A stretch of DNA of 64,000 nucleotides, from the IMG/VR virus record IMGVR_UViG_3300012007_000009, positions 64,001-128,000 of that record; one strand, written 5' to 3'. This document shows, in pieces, positions 27,001-36,500 of this stretch (within the stretch, counting starts at the first letter, position 1; each line of letters starts with the position of its first letter). The stretch comes from a virus. Lineage: Duplodnaviria > Caudoviricetes. Both the position numbers and the translations under genes were made by a program. The notes below the pieces were generated by a model that made no database searches, was not told the origin of the DNA, and saw only the letters and a list, made by a program, of their open reading frames with translations.

Positions 27001-27291
27001 CTCGGCGGCCCCGGCATCCTCGATATGCATATCCGGGCGGGACATTATGGAGTCGAAACTGTCATCCACACCGGCTTCCGAGTAACCGATGGTGTTCTCG
27101 TCGCTGTAGTCGACCATCTGGCCGTATCTTCCCATCGAATCCATGACATCGGCATTTCCAGAATCGCCAGTAGCCGAATAGTCATCGCCGGACATGTCAT
27201 CAAACTCGCCCCTGGCTTCCAGCCTGGCGGGCATCTTGTTCAGTTTGAACCATGATTCCAGTAGTGCTCGAGGGTATATAAAACCGGCCAT
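24073..27291 (-). CDS. Large acidic, probably virion protein
   Basis: 1072 aa, TATAAACT 30 nt upstream, N-terminal LLES and RLEA; same unit as gp25-like gene. Confidence 0.7.
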   Translation of the reverse strand: MAGFIYPRALLESWFKLNKMPARLEARGEFDDMSGDDYSATGDSGNADVMDSMGRYGQMVDYSDENTIGYSEAGVDDSFDSIMSRPDMHIEDAGAAEEPPKKRPNGGTTKDRREYGASPEARAKKIAREQFDNEWNVRVNEASRIKESVVAAYEAFPEAMENADVRQRLEELKSGFECDEYAKAPSQIDWENMERLGIAAHDADCVPPGLPENPLTIETLASLAYLSMGKNAYMYILQNPDKLVNLFERDTMAKVAREVNSHIMGTTGGKPRLAGDLYRGYTLDAPDMKAKSNQVRATASRSKAMASDESIDRAEMKLAGYTYPSTKTGSVYAAPYDLVKGVLSVMSDDSMDSRNSAAIARLKAHGLTADKLAAELIFMGNSNFKKKYHVSPTLTKVGDKYIAHSCFITVPKDIETGVTMSRNCAELLRKELGRIRDGRNIKLLKNGTVAEKGVLDDACSDLDRMLSDTKSTMYTFDSPSIAELLHGDYTAQQGKKNSFVDGQLKVVTPPPEPLFGFIQSETGPTVRGDELQHTDYESDDDMSNSAMAKISSGHGAINADADSGNVQFDAVAAYVDTYLRVNDDITPFYGRLGFSKEDIPSEDADHAEKAKFFSSVLEKVSDCFHEFGVESGLTAEGLNISIDITPEDRDLVGDSILAVWKYYAKQKAEEIDASESPIKYGIRRQFLWKMLDAMLKWFDTFETGIDSVDAIKRKLKSGDYDNGDLMKLMPSVNLATLVKETIANGAVTEGISSEAGKCSPAEVFAFVKKFLASMAKKHNADVTTAPVINQVFRYIKEKYGSREAIIEAGSDEPPDRSNEPEFYEWCVLRFMASSIFDANGAGKGRLVPPEEVGKAGSADMDVPASVLRKRLRKYEECLASKPAYLNAHAWIRKCGDDTLSPEEYDALRSADFRVMDESPADVSVWIRDEYIKYGDRSEALLLLLSLLYICIALREANYSALGNGDDMMSGIPDIFGKWQPLDELWSEYGQDVVNAIVGYDVGDGGVALDELMCLLGGVPKNMDSVDRDYDSRLGFYGAAGVGLSDDPGIIDRLDSIYDTLRGTSFLRFNEIA

Positions 27292-27320
27292 ATGCTAGAT
27301 GACTCCCGTAAAACATTCGT

Positions 27321-27328
27321 AGTTTATA
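27321..27328 (-). promoter_or_regulatory. Putative late promoter TATAAACT
   Basis: Exact motif, overlapping the upstream stop codon. Confidence 0.7.
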
Positions 27329-28298
27329 CGGTGTCGGGGGTTTCCCTGGCCTGCTCCTCGTCGGAATAGTATTCCTCGTAGTCAAAGTCCGGCACGTCGG
27401 ACTCCTCGTCGGTGTCGACCCCGTCAGCTTCCATCTCGTCGCTGCGGAGCTTGTCGAAGTACATCGCGTAGGCCTGCGCCAGCTCGTCCTCGTCGACGTA
27501 CAGTACGTCGTGCGGTATGTCGTCCTGCTCGAGCATCCTGGTGCCGCAGTCAACGTAACCCCGCTCGTTGGGTACCCACACGCTGAAAACCCACCCGTCG
27601 GAACTGCACACCGAGCCGATGCACACTATGTCCGGGTTGCCGCCGCACAGCAGCACCTCGGTCCTCCCGGCAACCCCGTCGACATCGTTCTCGACGTCCG
27701 GTTCGCCTCCCATGAAGTCCTTGTCCGGCCTGAACATCGCCGACTCCGTCGCCGATATGGCGTACACGTCGAACCGGGTGCCTCCCGGGTTCTGTATCGT
27801 CCCGACGTGTTCCATCGAGTCCGGGTTGGCCGCTATGTGGGTATTCACCAGGTCGGCATCTATGCCGGTATCCTTCGACGGGACGTTCCTCCTGGTAAAA
27901 TCCACCGCGTAACGGTAGGCGTCGCACGGGTCGTCGACGTACCCGATGCTGTAGACGTGCATGTTGTCGTTCATGTACATCCCGGTGATGAACCTGCCGG
28001 CCCGGTTCACCATGGCGGCATCGTCGGTGCCGCTCCCCTCGACAACGATACCGGGGTCGAGTATGAGCGGCACTCCCCCCAGCATGTACAGGTAGATGAG
28101 CTCGACACGTATGGAGCCTATCGCCCCGCCTATCGAATATACGGGAACGGGACGGCCCTGGCATTCCGGGTCGTCAGACATCCTGTCGAGTTCGTCCTTC
28201 AGCTCGTCGACGACGTCGCTGCCGTCGTAATCCGACTGGATGACGGCGTACGGCGTCCTCACGGACGAGAGTCCGCACATGTAGCTGACCGAAGGCAT
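27324..28298 (-). CDS. Hypothetical acidic protein
   Basis: 324 aa, high GC3 coding frame. Confidence 0.7.
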   Translation of the reverse strand: MPSVSYMCGLSSVRTPYAVIQSDYDGSDVVDELKDELDRMSDDPECQGRPVPVYSIGGAIGSIRVELIYLYMLGGVPLILDPGIVVEGSGTDDAAMVNRAGRFITGMYMNDNMHVYSIGYVDDPCDAYRYAVDFTRRNVPSKDTGIDADLVNTHIAANPDSMEHVGTIQNPGGTRFDVYAISATESAMFRPDKDFMGGEPDVENDVDGVAGRTEVLLCGGNPDIVCIGSVCSSDGWVFSVWVPNERGYVDCGTRMLEQDDIPHDVLYVDEDELAQAYAMYFDKLRSDEMEADGVDTDEESDVPDFDYEEYYSDEEQARETPDTV

Positions 28299-28301
28299 CC
28301 G

Positions 28302-28754
28302 CTATCTCTTGACCAGCCTGAGGTTCGGCTTGCCTTCCGCCTTCTTGCCGTCGGTAGGCTCGGTCTCGGCGAGTTCCTCGGCGGTGAGCAGCTTGGACAG
28401 GTTCTCCACGATGGCGGTGAACAGCGGGGAGTCCTTGTAGGAGTCGTTGCCCTTGTTGGCTTCCCTCAGCTTCTTCATCTCCGCCTTGTAATCGGACACG
28501 CGCATCTTGATTGCCGCCCTGATTCCTGCGGGAATCTTGTCGATGTCCACGTCGAACAGCCTGTCGGGGCAGTTGCACTTGATTTCGCCGTCAACGAGCT
28601 CGATTCCGTACTCCTTCTCCTCCTCGTCGGTGAACTTCAGCAGGTCCAGGAACTCGTCGAAGTAGAAGTATGTCTGCATCGTGCTGGGCAGGTTGTGCGC
28701 GTACTTGATGATGTTGTGCCTGTCCTTGACGGTAAGCTTAACGATATTTGCCAT
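28302..28754 (-). CDS. Hypothetical protein
   Basis: 150 aa, GAGGGG RBS. Confidence 0.75.
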   Translation of the reverse strand: MANIVKLTVKDRHNIIKYAHNLPSTMQTYFYFDEFLDLLKFTDEEEKEYGIELVDGEIKCNCPDRLFDVDIDKIPAGIRAAIKMRVSDYKAEMKKLREANKGNDSYKDSPLFTAIVENLSKLLTAEELAETEPTDGKKAEGKPNLRLVKR

Positions 28755-28796
28755 GGGTGTCCCCTCTTGATATTTTTTCGCTTTACATGCATTAAA

Positions 28797-29789
28797 TTAT
28801 GTCTTTTCGGCCTTCCTGGCCTCCCTGAGGGCCGAATATGCCGATTTTACGGCCTCCCCGCCTTCTTCCGGGGCGAGCTCCACGTTCACCATGGCCTTCA
28901 GCCCGGTTCCGAACAGGTTCTCCACGGGATAGTCGTAGGCGAAGTCGGAAGTGCCTGGAGGCACGTCCACCGCCAGGAGCCTCCCGTATACGTCTATGTC
29001 GACGGCCGTCCCGAGGACGAAGTCCTCCGGGTGCACTCGGCGCGTTATCCTGATGAAAGGGAAGCCGTCGGGGGACATGAACGCCTCGATACCCCTCTCC
29101 TCGTCGGGCAGCGGGTTTATCTCGACCACCAGGTCGCCGTTAGGGCCCCCCTTCATGCCGTCGTTCCCCTTGCCGGTGGCCATTACCCTGGCCGTTCCCG
29201 GCGAAAGGTCGAACCCGTACTCGCATTCCCGCTCGGTCCTCCCCGTACCGTGGCACACCTGGCACTCCCCGGTGACCACGGTGCCCCTCCCGGAGCACCC
29301 CGGGCAGGTCTTCTCCTTCTTCCTGAACACAATCTTGCCGGTCGCCCCGCACCGGGGACAGTTCACCTGCTTCTCGCCGCCGATGCCGGAGCACATCAGG
29401 CACTCGCTTGACTTCGCGTACCTCACCGAAAGCCCGTACTTCCCGAATATGAAGGCTTCCATGGGCACGTTCTCCGTGACCTCTATGTCGGAACCGCGCT
29501 CGCCGCACCGGTCGTCCTCCGGCGGCTTGCCGAAGTTGCTGGCGACGTCGGATTTTCCGAACACCTGCTCCATCCAGGCGAACTTGACGGCGAACTCGTT
29601 GCCGTTCACGTACTTGCGCCGAAGCTCCGGTGTCTTTATTAGTGCGTACGCCTCGTTCAGCGCCGCCATGTCGTCCGGGTTTCCGCCGTGGTCCGGGTGG
29701 TACTTCCGGGAAAGCTCCTTGTATGCCCTGTGTATCTCGTCGTCGGTCGCGGTTGGCGGCACGCCCAGTATTCCGTATGCGTCTATCAT
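28797..29789 (-). CDS. dnaJ: DnaJ chaperone
   Basis: J domain with KYHPD, four CxxCxGxG-type repeats, C-terminal GGPNGDLVV. Confidence 0.9.
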   Translation of the reverse strand: MIDAYGILGVPPTATDDEIHRAYKELSRKYHPDHGGNPDDMAALNEAYALIKTPELRRKYVNGNEFAVKFAWMEQVFGKSDVASNFGKPPEDDRCGERGSDIEVTENVPMEAFIFGKYGLSVRYAKSSECLMCSGIGGEKQVNCPRCGATGKIVFRKKEKTCPGCSGRGTVVTGECQVCHGTGRTERECEYGFDLSPGTARVMATGKGNDGMKGGPNGDLVVEINPLPDEERGIEAFMSPDGFPFIRITRRVHPEDFVLGTAVDIDVYGRLLAVDVPPGTSDFAYDYPVENLFGTGLKAMVNVELAPEEGGEAVKSAYSALREARKAEKT

Positions 29790-29802
29790 GGTGTCCTCCC
29801 TG

Positions 29803-29810
29803 TATAAACT
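29803..29810 (+). promoter_or_regulatory. Putative late promoter TATAAACT
   Basis: Exact motif 35 nt before ATG 29845. Confidence 0.7.
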
Positions 29811-29844
29811 ACGATAAACCGGTTTGAAATCGCGAGGACATAAG

Positions 29845-30459
29845 ATGTCGGAACAGGAATTTGTAGACCTATACTACCAGGAACCACCCGAGAAGCCCAA
29901 GGACGAGAAGATTCCGACCGGACTGAACGAGGCCAAGGTCGATACAACAAACGACGCCAAGGTCGGAAAGGTCAAGGTGACCCACCCGGTAGACGGTGGC
30001 AAGAAGCATCCGAAAATCGGCTGTGCCTGGGATGCCATGGGTCCGTTGGCGGGTTCCGGGGAAAGCGGACCGTTCGACGGCCTTGCCGACGGCGAGGGCG
30101 CGCAGATTGGGGAAGGCGCGGGCGCACCGGCTCCCGCCGGGGATGTCGGTGGAGCTGCCGGTGGTGGAATGGGGGAATCCCTGAGTCCGAAGGGCCTGAA
30201 CGCGGTACTTGAGGCAATCGGGGAAAAATACCCGGATTCCGCGGCCGTCCCGCAGATTAGGCAGATGTTCAACAGCCTGCAGGACGGTGGCACCGGGAAG
30301 TTCTACTGCGGTGCCGACGGGTGCGAATCCGTGGACGACCCCATGATGAGCGATGCCGACGAGGCGGTAAGCGCCGCGGCAGCCGCGGTCGAGGCATCCC
30401 TCATGGCCTACCGGAAAATTTCCGGACGGGAATATCCGGGGTTTACCGGGGTGAACTAG
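29845..30459 (+). CDS. Acidic hypothetical (late) protein
   Basis: GAGG RBS; motifs LNEA, MGES, VLEA. Confidence 0.7.
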   Translation: MSEQEFVDLYYQEPPEKPKDEKIPTGLNEAKVDTTNDAKVGKVKVTHPVDGGKKHPKIGCAWDAMGPLAGSGESGPFDGLADGEGAQIGEGAGAPAPAGDVGGAAGGGMGESLSPKGLNAVLEAIGEKYPDSAAVPQIRQMFNSLQDGGTGKFYCGADGCESVDDPMMSDADEAVSAAAAAVEASLMAYRKISGREYPGFTGVN

Positions 30460-30485
30460 AGAATAACTCCATGCAATACAAGGAA

Positions 30486-30507
30486 GGGGCGGCCATCGAC
30501 CGCCCCT
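30486..30507. terminator. Hairpin between convergent genes
   Basis: AGGGGCGG-7nt-CCGCCCCT. Confidence 0.55.
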
Positions 30508-30513
30508 ATTCAG

Positions 30514-33500
30514 TTATTCGTCCGACTCGAGGTCATTTTCCTCTTCCTCGCCGCTATTTGGCTGCACCGGCGGTTCCGGGGATTCCTGGGGTTCCCGGGA
30601 AGAGTCGTTGGATAACCCGTCCCTTCCCGGCATACGTTCAGGCAACGATATTTCGTCCTCGTCGGTAGACCAGTCTGCCGTAGCCCTGTCCCGGAAAGCG
30701 GTACTGATATCATACGTACCGTCGACGCCGCGTGTCGTGGATATGTGAACGCCATCGTCGGTAGTCACCGTTTGTCCGCGTCTTACGGTATTTTCCTCTT
30801 CCGACGTCAAGTGCTTGACCTTATCCGTCACGAAGTTAGTCAGGGTAACCGACACCACGTTATAGAACAGTTCATACAGCTTGTTCCTGAGTTTCGGATT
30901 CCGTACAGTCGAGTTCTGCACATAGTTACCGCGATTGGTATACTTCTCCATCTCGATGGCGAATTCATTCCATTCATTGGCACTTTCGCTGAAATCCATT
31001 CCGCTCATTCTACGGTTGACCATGTCCCTGATTATCGAGACCGGAATGTCAAAGGTGTACCATGAGTTGTAGCCATCTTGCCTAATACGATGCTTGAAGC
31101 GGACACAGCCCTTGTACTTACTGAGGGAAATCGTCTTCCTATCCCGCATTGATTTCAACAGGATGGTAGCGATACCGTTCGTATCTATCAAGGAATCCCG
31201 CTTCATGGAAGAGCACATCCTGATGCAGTTGAAGAAGTCCTCGTTCATCATATCGTCGATAAACTGAACTGCCTGGGGCCCGGCGACGGAAGTATACTTG
31301 TTGACCGCATCGCTGAGTATGGCAAGGCAGTCACCTTCGTCCCTGGGCTTTCCGTTCACTACATAGTCGTATCCTTCCGGGTACATATCATCGTCGATTT
31401 TCTTTATGGGTGAACCCTTGGCCCTTACAAGTCTGTTCAGCACTGCTTTCAGGTACGAAGTTGGCTTTTCGCCCATCGTCGTAATGCCGCGGCCCGAAGA
31501 AGCTGCAGCTGCGACCTTTACCGCATCCGAGTTGTATAGATTCCTCGTATGTGCGAATGCCTTGGCCATAGCCTGACGTATCCAGATGAAGTGACGGGCA
31601 ATATCCTCGTTGCGGGAATTGCTGTCATGCTCGGCGGCCTGCAGTTCCTCAGGACTCATGTAGGATGACCACATGCAATGTTTCGTGGCAAATTCCTCAA
31701 TTGCCGCGAGTATCGCATTGTACCCATCACTGTTTTTATTCAATACCTTCTGTATGGTTGCACATTCCGCCTCCAAAGCATCAAGAGCAGCCATACGAGT
31801 AGGACCTGCGCCTTCCTTGGAAAGTACTCCTTTCGCTGAACACTTGTTGGCAGCTTGCTTTGCCGGCTTGTTGTCCAGCGCACCCTTTACACCGGCGTGC
31901 GTGCTGCGCGTCAGCGTAATCAAGGCGGCCTTAATTGCATCGTAGTATTGATTGAACCAGTCCAGTGCAACCTCGCCGCTCTGCTGGTTGATGTGGAATT
32001 CCTTAATCGAATCAAGAATCTCAATCGATTCATCCTTGGGCAATTCGCCGCTCAACGCCGTTTCTATCTTCGAATACATGCGCGAGGCGCCTTCGGAATC
32101 GTTTATTGTTTCGTTGTCGATTATAGGTACAGTACCATGCATCGTACGCCTGGCGTCAATGTCCTTCACTTCGTCCGTGCCGAACTTGTCGATATACAGC
32201 TCGCGAAGTTCTCCGCTGCGCGATATTGAGTCACGCAGAACGCGTTCGGCCACGTTATATACGCCGCCCTTAGTGCGGGGCTTTTCGCTATCCAACGCAT
32301 CCATGAAATCATCGACCAGTTTACCCGCCACCGTATTCGTGCGAGCGCCGAGTATCCCGGTTATGGCCGTAGCCGCCCCGGACGTATCGGCGTTCCCACT
32401 AGTACCAAGCGTGGTCAGGATATTAGTGATTTCCCGCATCGGGTCTCCCGGGTCGGTTTTGTCGTTGAACTTAACCATATTCTGTACAAAGTTCCTGGCA
32501 TAGTCAGTCATATCCTCATACGTCATGGTGGCCAATGTCTCAATAGGAATCTGCTCTATGAACAGGGACAGGACATCCTTTGCCGTACTCCTGCTTCCAA
32601 GAATGTCAGCCAGGCTCGTATTGGGAACTTCGGTATCAGAATCCGTGGGGTCAGTCCTGTAGTTGACATTTATCGCATGGGCTTCCCTGGTGCGCTTGTC
32701 CACGTGGGCCTCTGACCTCCATATCATAAGGGCCTCGGCCAGGTCATAGGTCAACTCATCAATATTGTCTTCGATGCTGGCCTGTACTTTAGGCAGCGTT
32801 CCGTACTTTTCCCCGTACACACCGCGCAATATATTCGTTGATGCGGAGTCGATTGCCTTTCCACGCAACCGCATGGAAGCACGCTCTATAACCTGATACA
32901 TTGCGGTATTCAGCAATGAATCGTCGATGCATCCGTATAGTACCGATAGTGGCACGAAAAGGAGTCCCGCGGACTTTGTGCAACTTCTTGCCGATACTTT
33001 CATCGTCTCTTCGAAATCATTGACAGTATCCGTAAATATCTTGGAATCATGGCCGGCATCCCTATTGCTCAATTCGTGCAAAGCGGCACTGCCTGCAAGT
33101 TTTTTAGAAATGATGGATTCCCTTATCTTGCCGGCCACCCCTTCGGGAGTATCGGAATCATCCAGCGATACGCCAATTGCACCACCGATATCAGAAAGTC
33201 CAGCGAACTTGGGAACAGCCTCTTCAAAATGGGCATAATCCCTACGGTCGCTCGCCTGAGCAGAACCGTTATCGTTAAACACCGCCCAGGTAGTCGTGCT
33301 CATGTCGATTGGGGACCTGGTATCGGAGTCATCTTCCAAGGAGAGGCCCTGCAATAGATATTTCGGTACCTCTATCCCGGTCTGAACGCCCGTACCTACC
33401 AGGTTATTCAGTATGTTACCCAAGCGCCTGTAGGTGTGATTGTCGGAACTATTATCAATCTCATCTTCTACAATGGCGAGGTTCAAAACCGCACCTAGGG

Positions 33501-36500
33501 CTGTATTCGCTTCTCCACTATACAAAGTCTCGTAGGAGTTCCCGTGTTTGGTGCTGCTCTTATAAACCAAGTCATCGAACGGTATGAGTGCGCCTTCATA
33601 GCCAATCGTATAGCCTTTACCCAGGCGCTCGTATATAGCGCTCAGTGTCTTGCTAAATCGTTCGTTGCCACGAAGCATGGCATCCGTACTGTCGCGGAAC
33701 TTTTCACGTATAGTTTTGTCAAGGGCGGACTTTGATGTCTGGTTCACGGTATCGTCCGTTTCCTTGCCTGGATTACGTGCACCTACCATAGCTAGACGCT
33801 CGGCGGCAGAAGTATTCGCATCATCACTACCGGCCAACCTAGCGCTATCGCCACCATATAGCTCAAGCCCAGACACATTGCCTGCCTTATGCTCAGTATT
33901 GGCATACGATTCGATAGCAAGCACAATATTCGCAATACCGGTACTTACCGTACTTGCCATTTCGAGCTCTACTAGGTCCGGATTCAGTTCAGGATTCTCG
34001 TCGGCATTTTTCTGCTGGGAGGCAACATCGGCTTTCAGCTGGTTGAACTCAGCCAGCATTCTATCCAGCATGTCTTCTACAGTCGGGTCGCCACAATCAC
34101 CGACTTTTGTAGCGAACATGTTTCCGACAGAATCCACTTCTTGCAGAATATCCCGTTTTTCGAGCGGAACTGTAGAAGTCATGAAGTTGTAGAAGGAATT
34201 CATTGCGTCATCCAGAATGCGTACCCGGCGGTTCACATCCTTGCGAATTGCAATATTTTTCCCGCGCACACCCTCCGTCCCGAATGTAACGGCGGTCTCG
34301 TGGGCCGAATCCAATGCGGCCGCTACTCGGCTCAACTCCGCCGGCGATATGCCGGCTGTTATATCGAACTTTCCGGAGCTGCTTCCCATACCCGGGCCGC
34401 ATTTAATCAACCCAAGCATAGTGGAACTAGTTACGCCTTCGTATGTGTCGGCGGAATCGTTAGTTAAGTCAAACTCCCTCAGTGCGTCATAATCTATGGA
34501 GTTGGTAAGCACATCGCCCGTGTGGTCGTCACGTTCCCCCAGCGCATCAGGCTGCACTAGGTCATCAACGGATACACCATCAACTTCACCCGAGCTTACC
34601 CTATACGGCTCCGCTTCGGCAGAGTTAGCGTTGTAATCGCGAACGGCGTCCCTGTATTGTGAAATTTCATCGGGAACTTTCGCTGCATAGTCTATTGCTG
34701 TCAATACATCGCAGAACGGTTGCTTCATTATTTCGGGTGACTTTTCAAGTGCCGGCATCACGGTTTCAATGCACTTGCTCAATGCATCGAGTGACTTATT
34801 GGATACGACGGCACTTCGATTCATCGAAATGTTTCCGTCGAGACTCATCTTCCCGTTGCGGCCATACGACTCATCAGCCTTAAAATCCTCGCTAACCGCC
34901 TGCGCATACAAGTTTTCGAGTTTCTTGAATGACATGATTGCCTTGGGTGTCGAAGCTTCCGACACGCTGGCACTCAATTCGTCAACCGCGTTCTTATATT
35001 CCGTATATAGGCCATGGTCATCAAAATACTCATCGGTATTGTACTCGACACCGGTACTGGCAAACTCCACGGCACCATCGGCACCTTCGGCCATGGTAAA
35101 TGGCGAATTTATCACATCCAGCAATTGAGTTGCCGCATGCAGTATACTCTGGGGAGTCAGCAGTTTGCTACCGGACCTATCGGCACACATGCTGTTCAGC
35201 TTACGCAATGCGCCCAATGACGACACGTCGCTATAGAACTGGTCGTTCTTCTTCAGCTTCGTGGCAAAGAACGAATCAAGTATGCCATTCAAAATATCGG
35301 CGGCCGCTTCCCTTGGCTTCTTGGCGGCAATCTGGTTACACGTCAAGGCATTCTTCAGGGTGCTGACCTGCTCGATACCCTTGGTTTGGGTCAATGCAAG
35401 CAGTGTCTCGACATCATACAGATTCCGGTCGTATATCCTGTTAATCGCCTCGCCTGCCTGCAAGACAGCGTCTATTGCCGGTGCGCTCGTCGTATGCAGT
35501 ATCTTGGCAAATTGCTGCATGTTCTCGGTTGCATCAAGCGTCCTTTCGCTATTGGCGAGGGAATTCATGTAAGTATCATTGGATATCCCTATCATGTTCT
35601 CCGGGCGACGGAAAGTGTTCCTGTAGCCTTCGTCGCTCCAAGCAGACACGAAGTTCACGCCAACCCATAGGGCATATTGCGGAGACTTGGACTTGGAATC
35701 CGGCATCTGGGTCAGTCCCTTCGGCATCCAGTCGGCCATATTGCTGTCGGTAAATTCTCCGGCCGCAAGACCGCTGTTCCTGCCGAATTTGACACGGTAT
35801 ATGTGTTCGCCGTTTTCCTCGTTGACGGAAACTACCCGGCCCTGGGTCTTCGCGTAAATGAGTTCGCCGTCGTTCGTTACGGTCCCCTCGGCACCGCCGC
35901 TCAGGCGAAGCCTACCCTTCGACTCTTGATTTATCGGGGACAATGGGAGTACCATCTCCGCCTTCAGGTCGTGGGTCACCGGCATGTTGTATGCACCTTC
36001 CTTGATATTGAATATGCTACGCTTCACGTACTTGATTGTATCATCCATGACCGTGGGAAGCTGCTGTTGATACTTCTCGGAACCAGTATGAACCAGTATG
36101 TACCTGCCCACCTTATCTTTTAGAGTAGACAGCAAACTGGTGTCATTGATGGTATCTATCCAGGTATTCCTGAGCATCACGGCATTGGTTGGGTCGGGGC
36201 TGCCAGCTACATGGGCAAAGTACCTCTCTATCGTGTCGATAATATCAACATAGTCTATGTCGACTGAATGGTCTATGATATACTGAACATCGTCAGAGTC
36301 GTCCGACTCGGAGTTGGATTCCTTGGTAAACCATGGCATCTTCGGAATATCGCTACCGCTTGCCGCAATAATTGCGTATGTAAGCATCGGCACGCTCAAT
36401 GCATACATGCTGCCCAGATTCTTGTCGTTGGTGCTTGGTACAGTCACGCGCACCGAGAACAGAGGAATGGATACTTTCGGTAATATCATGGCGTTGGTAA

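Noticed and set aside
27510-29411. Long antisense ORFs (also 9162..10601, 12286..13476, 51692..53347, 53011..54693)
   Set aside because: Shadow frames caused by high GC3 codon bias of the real opposite-strand genes.
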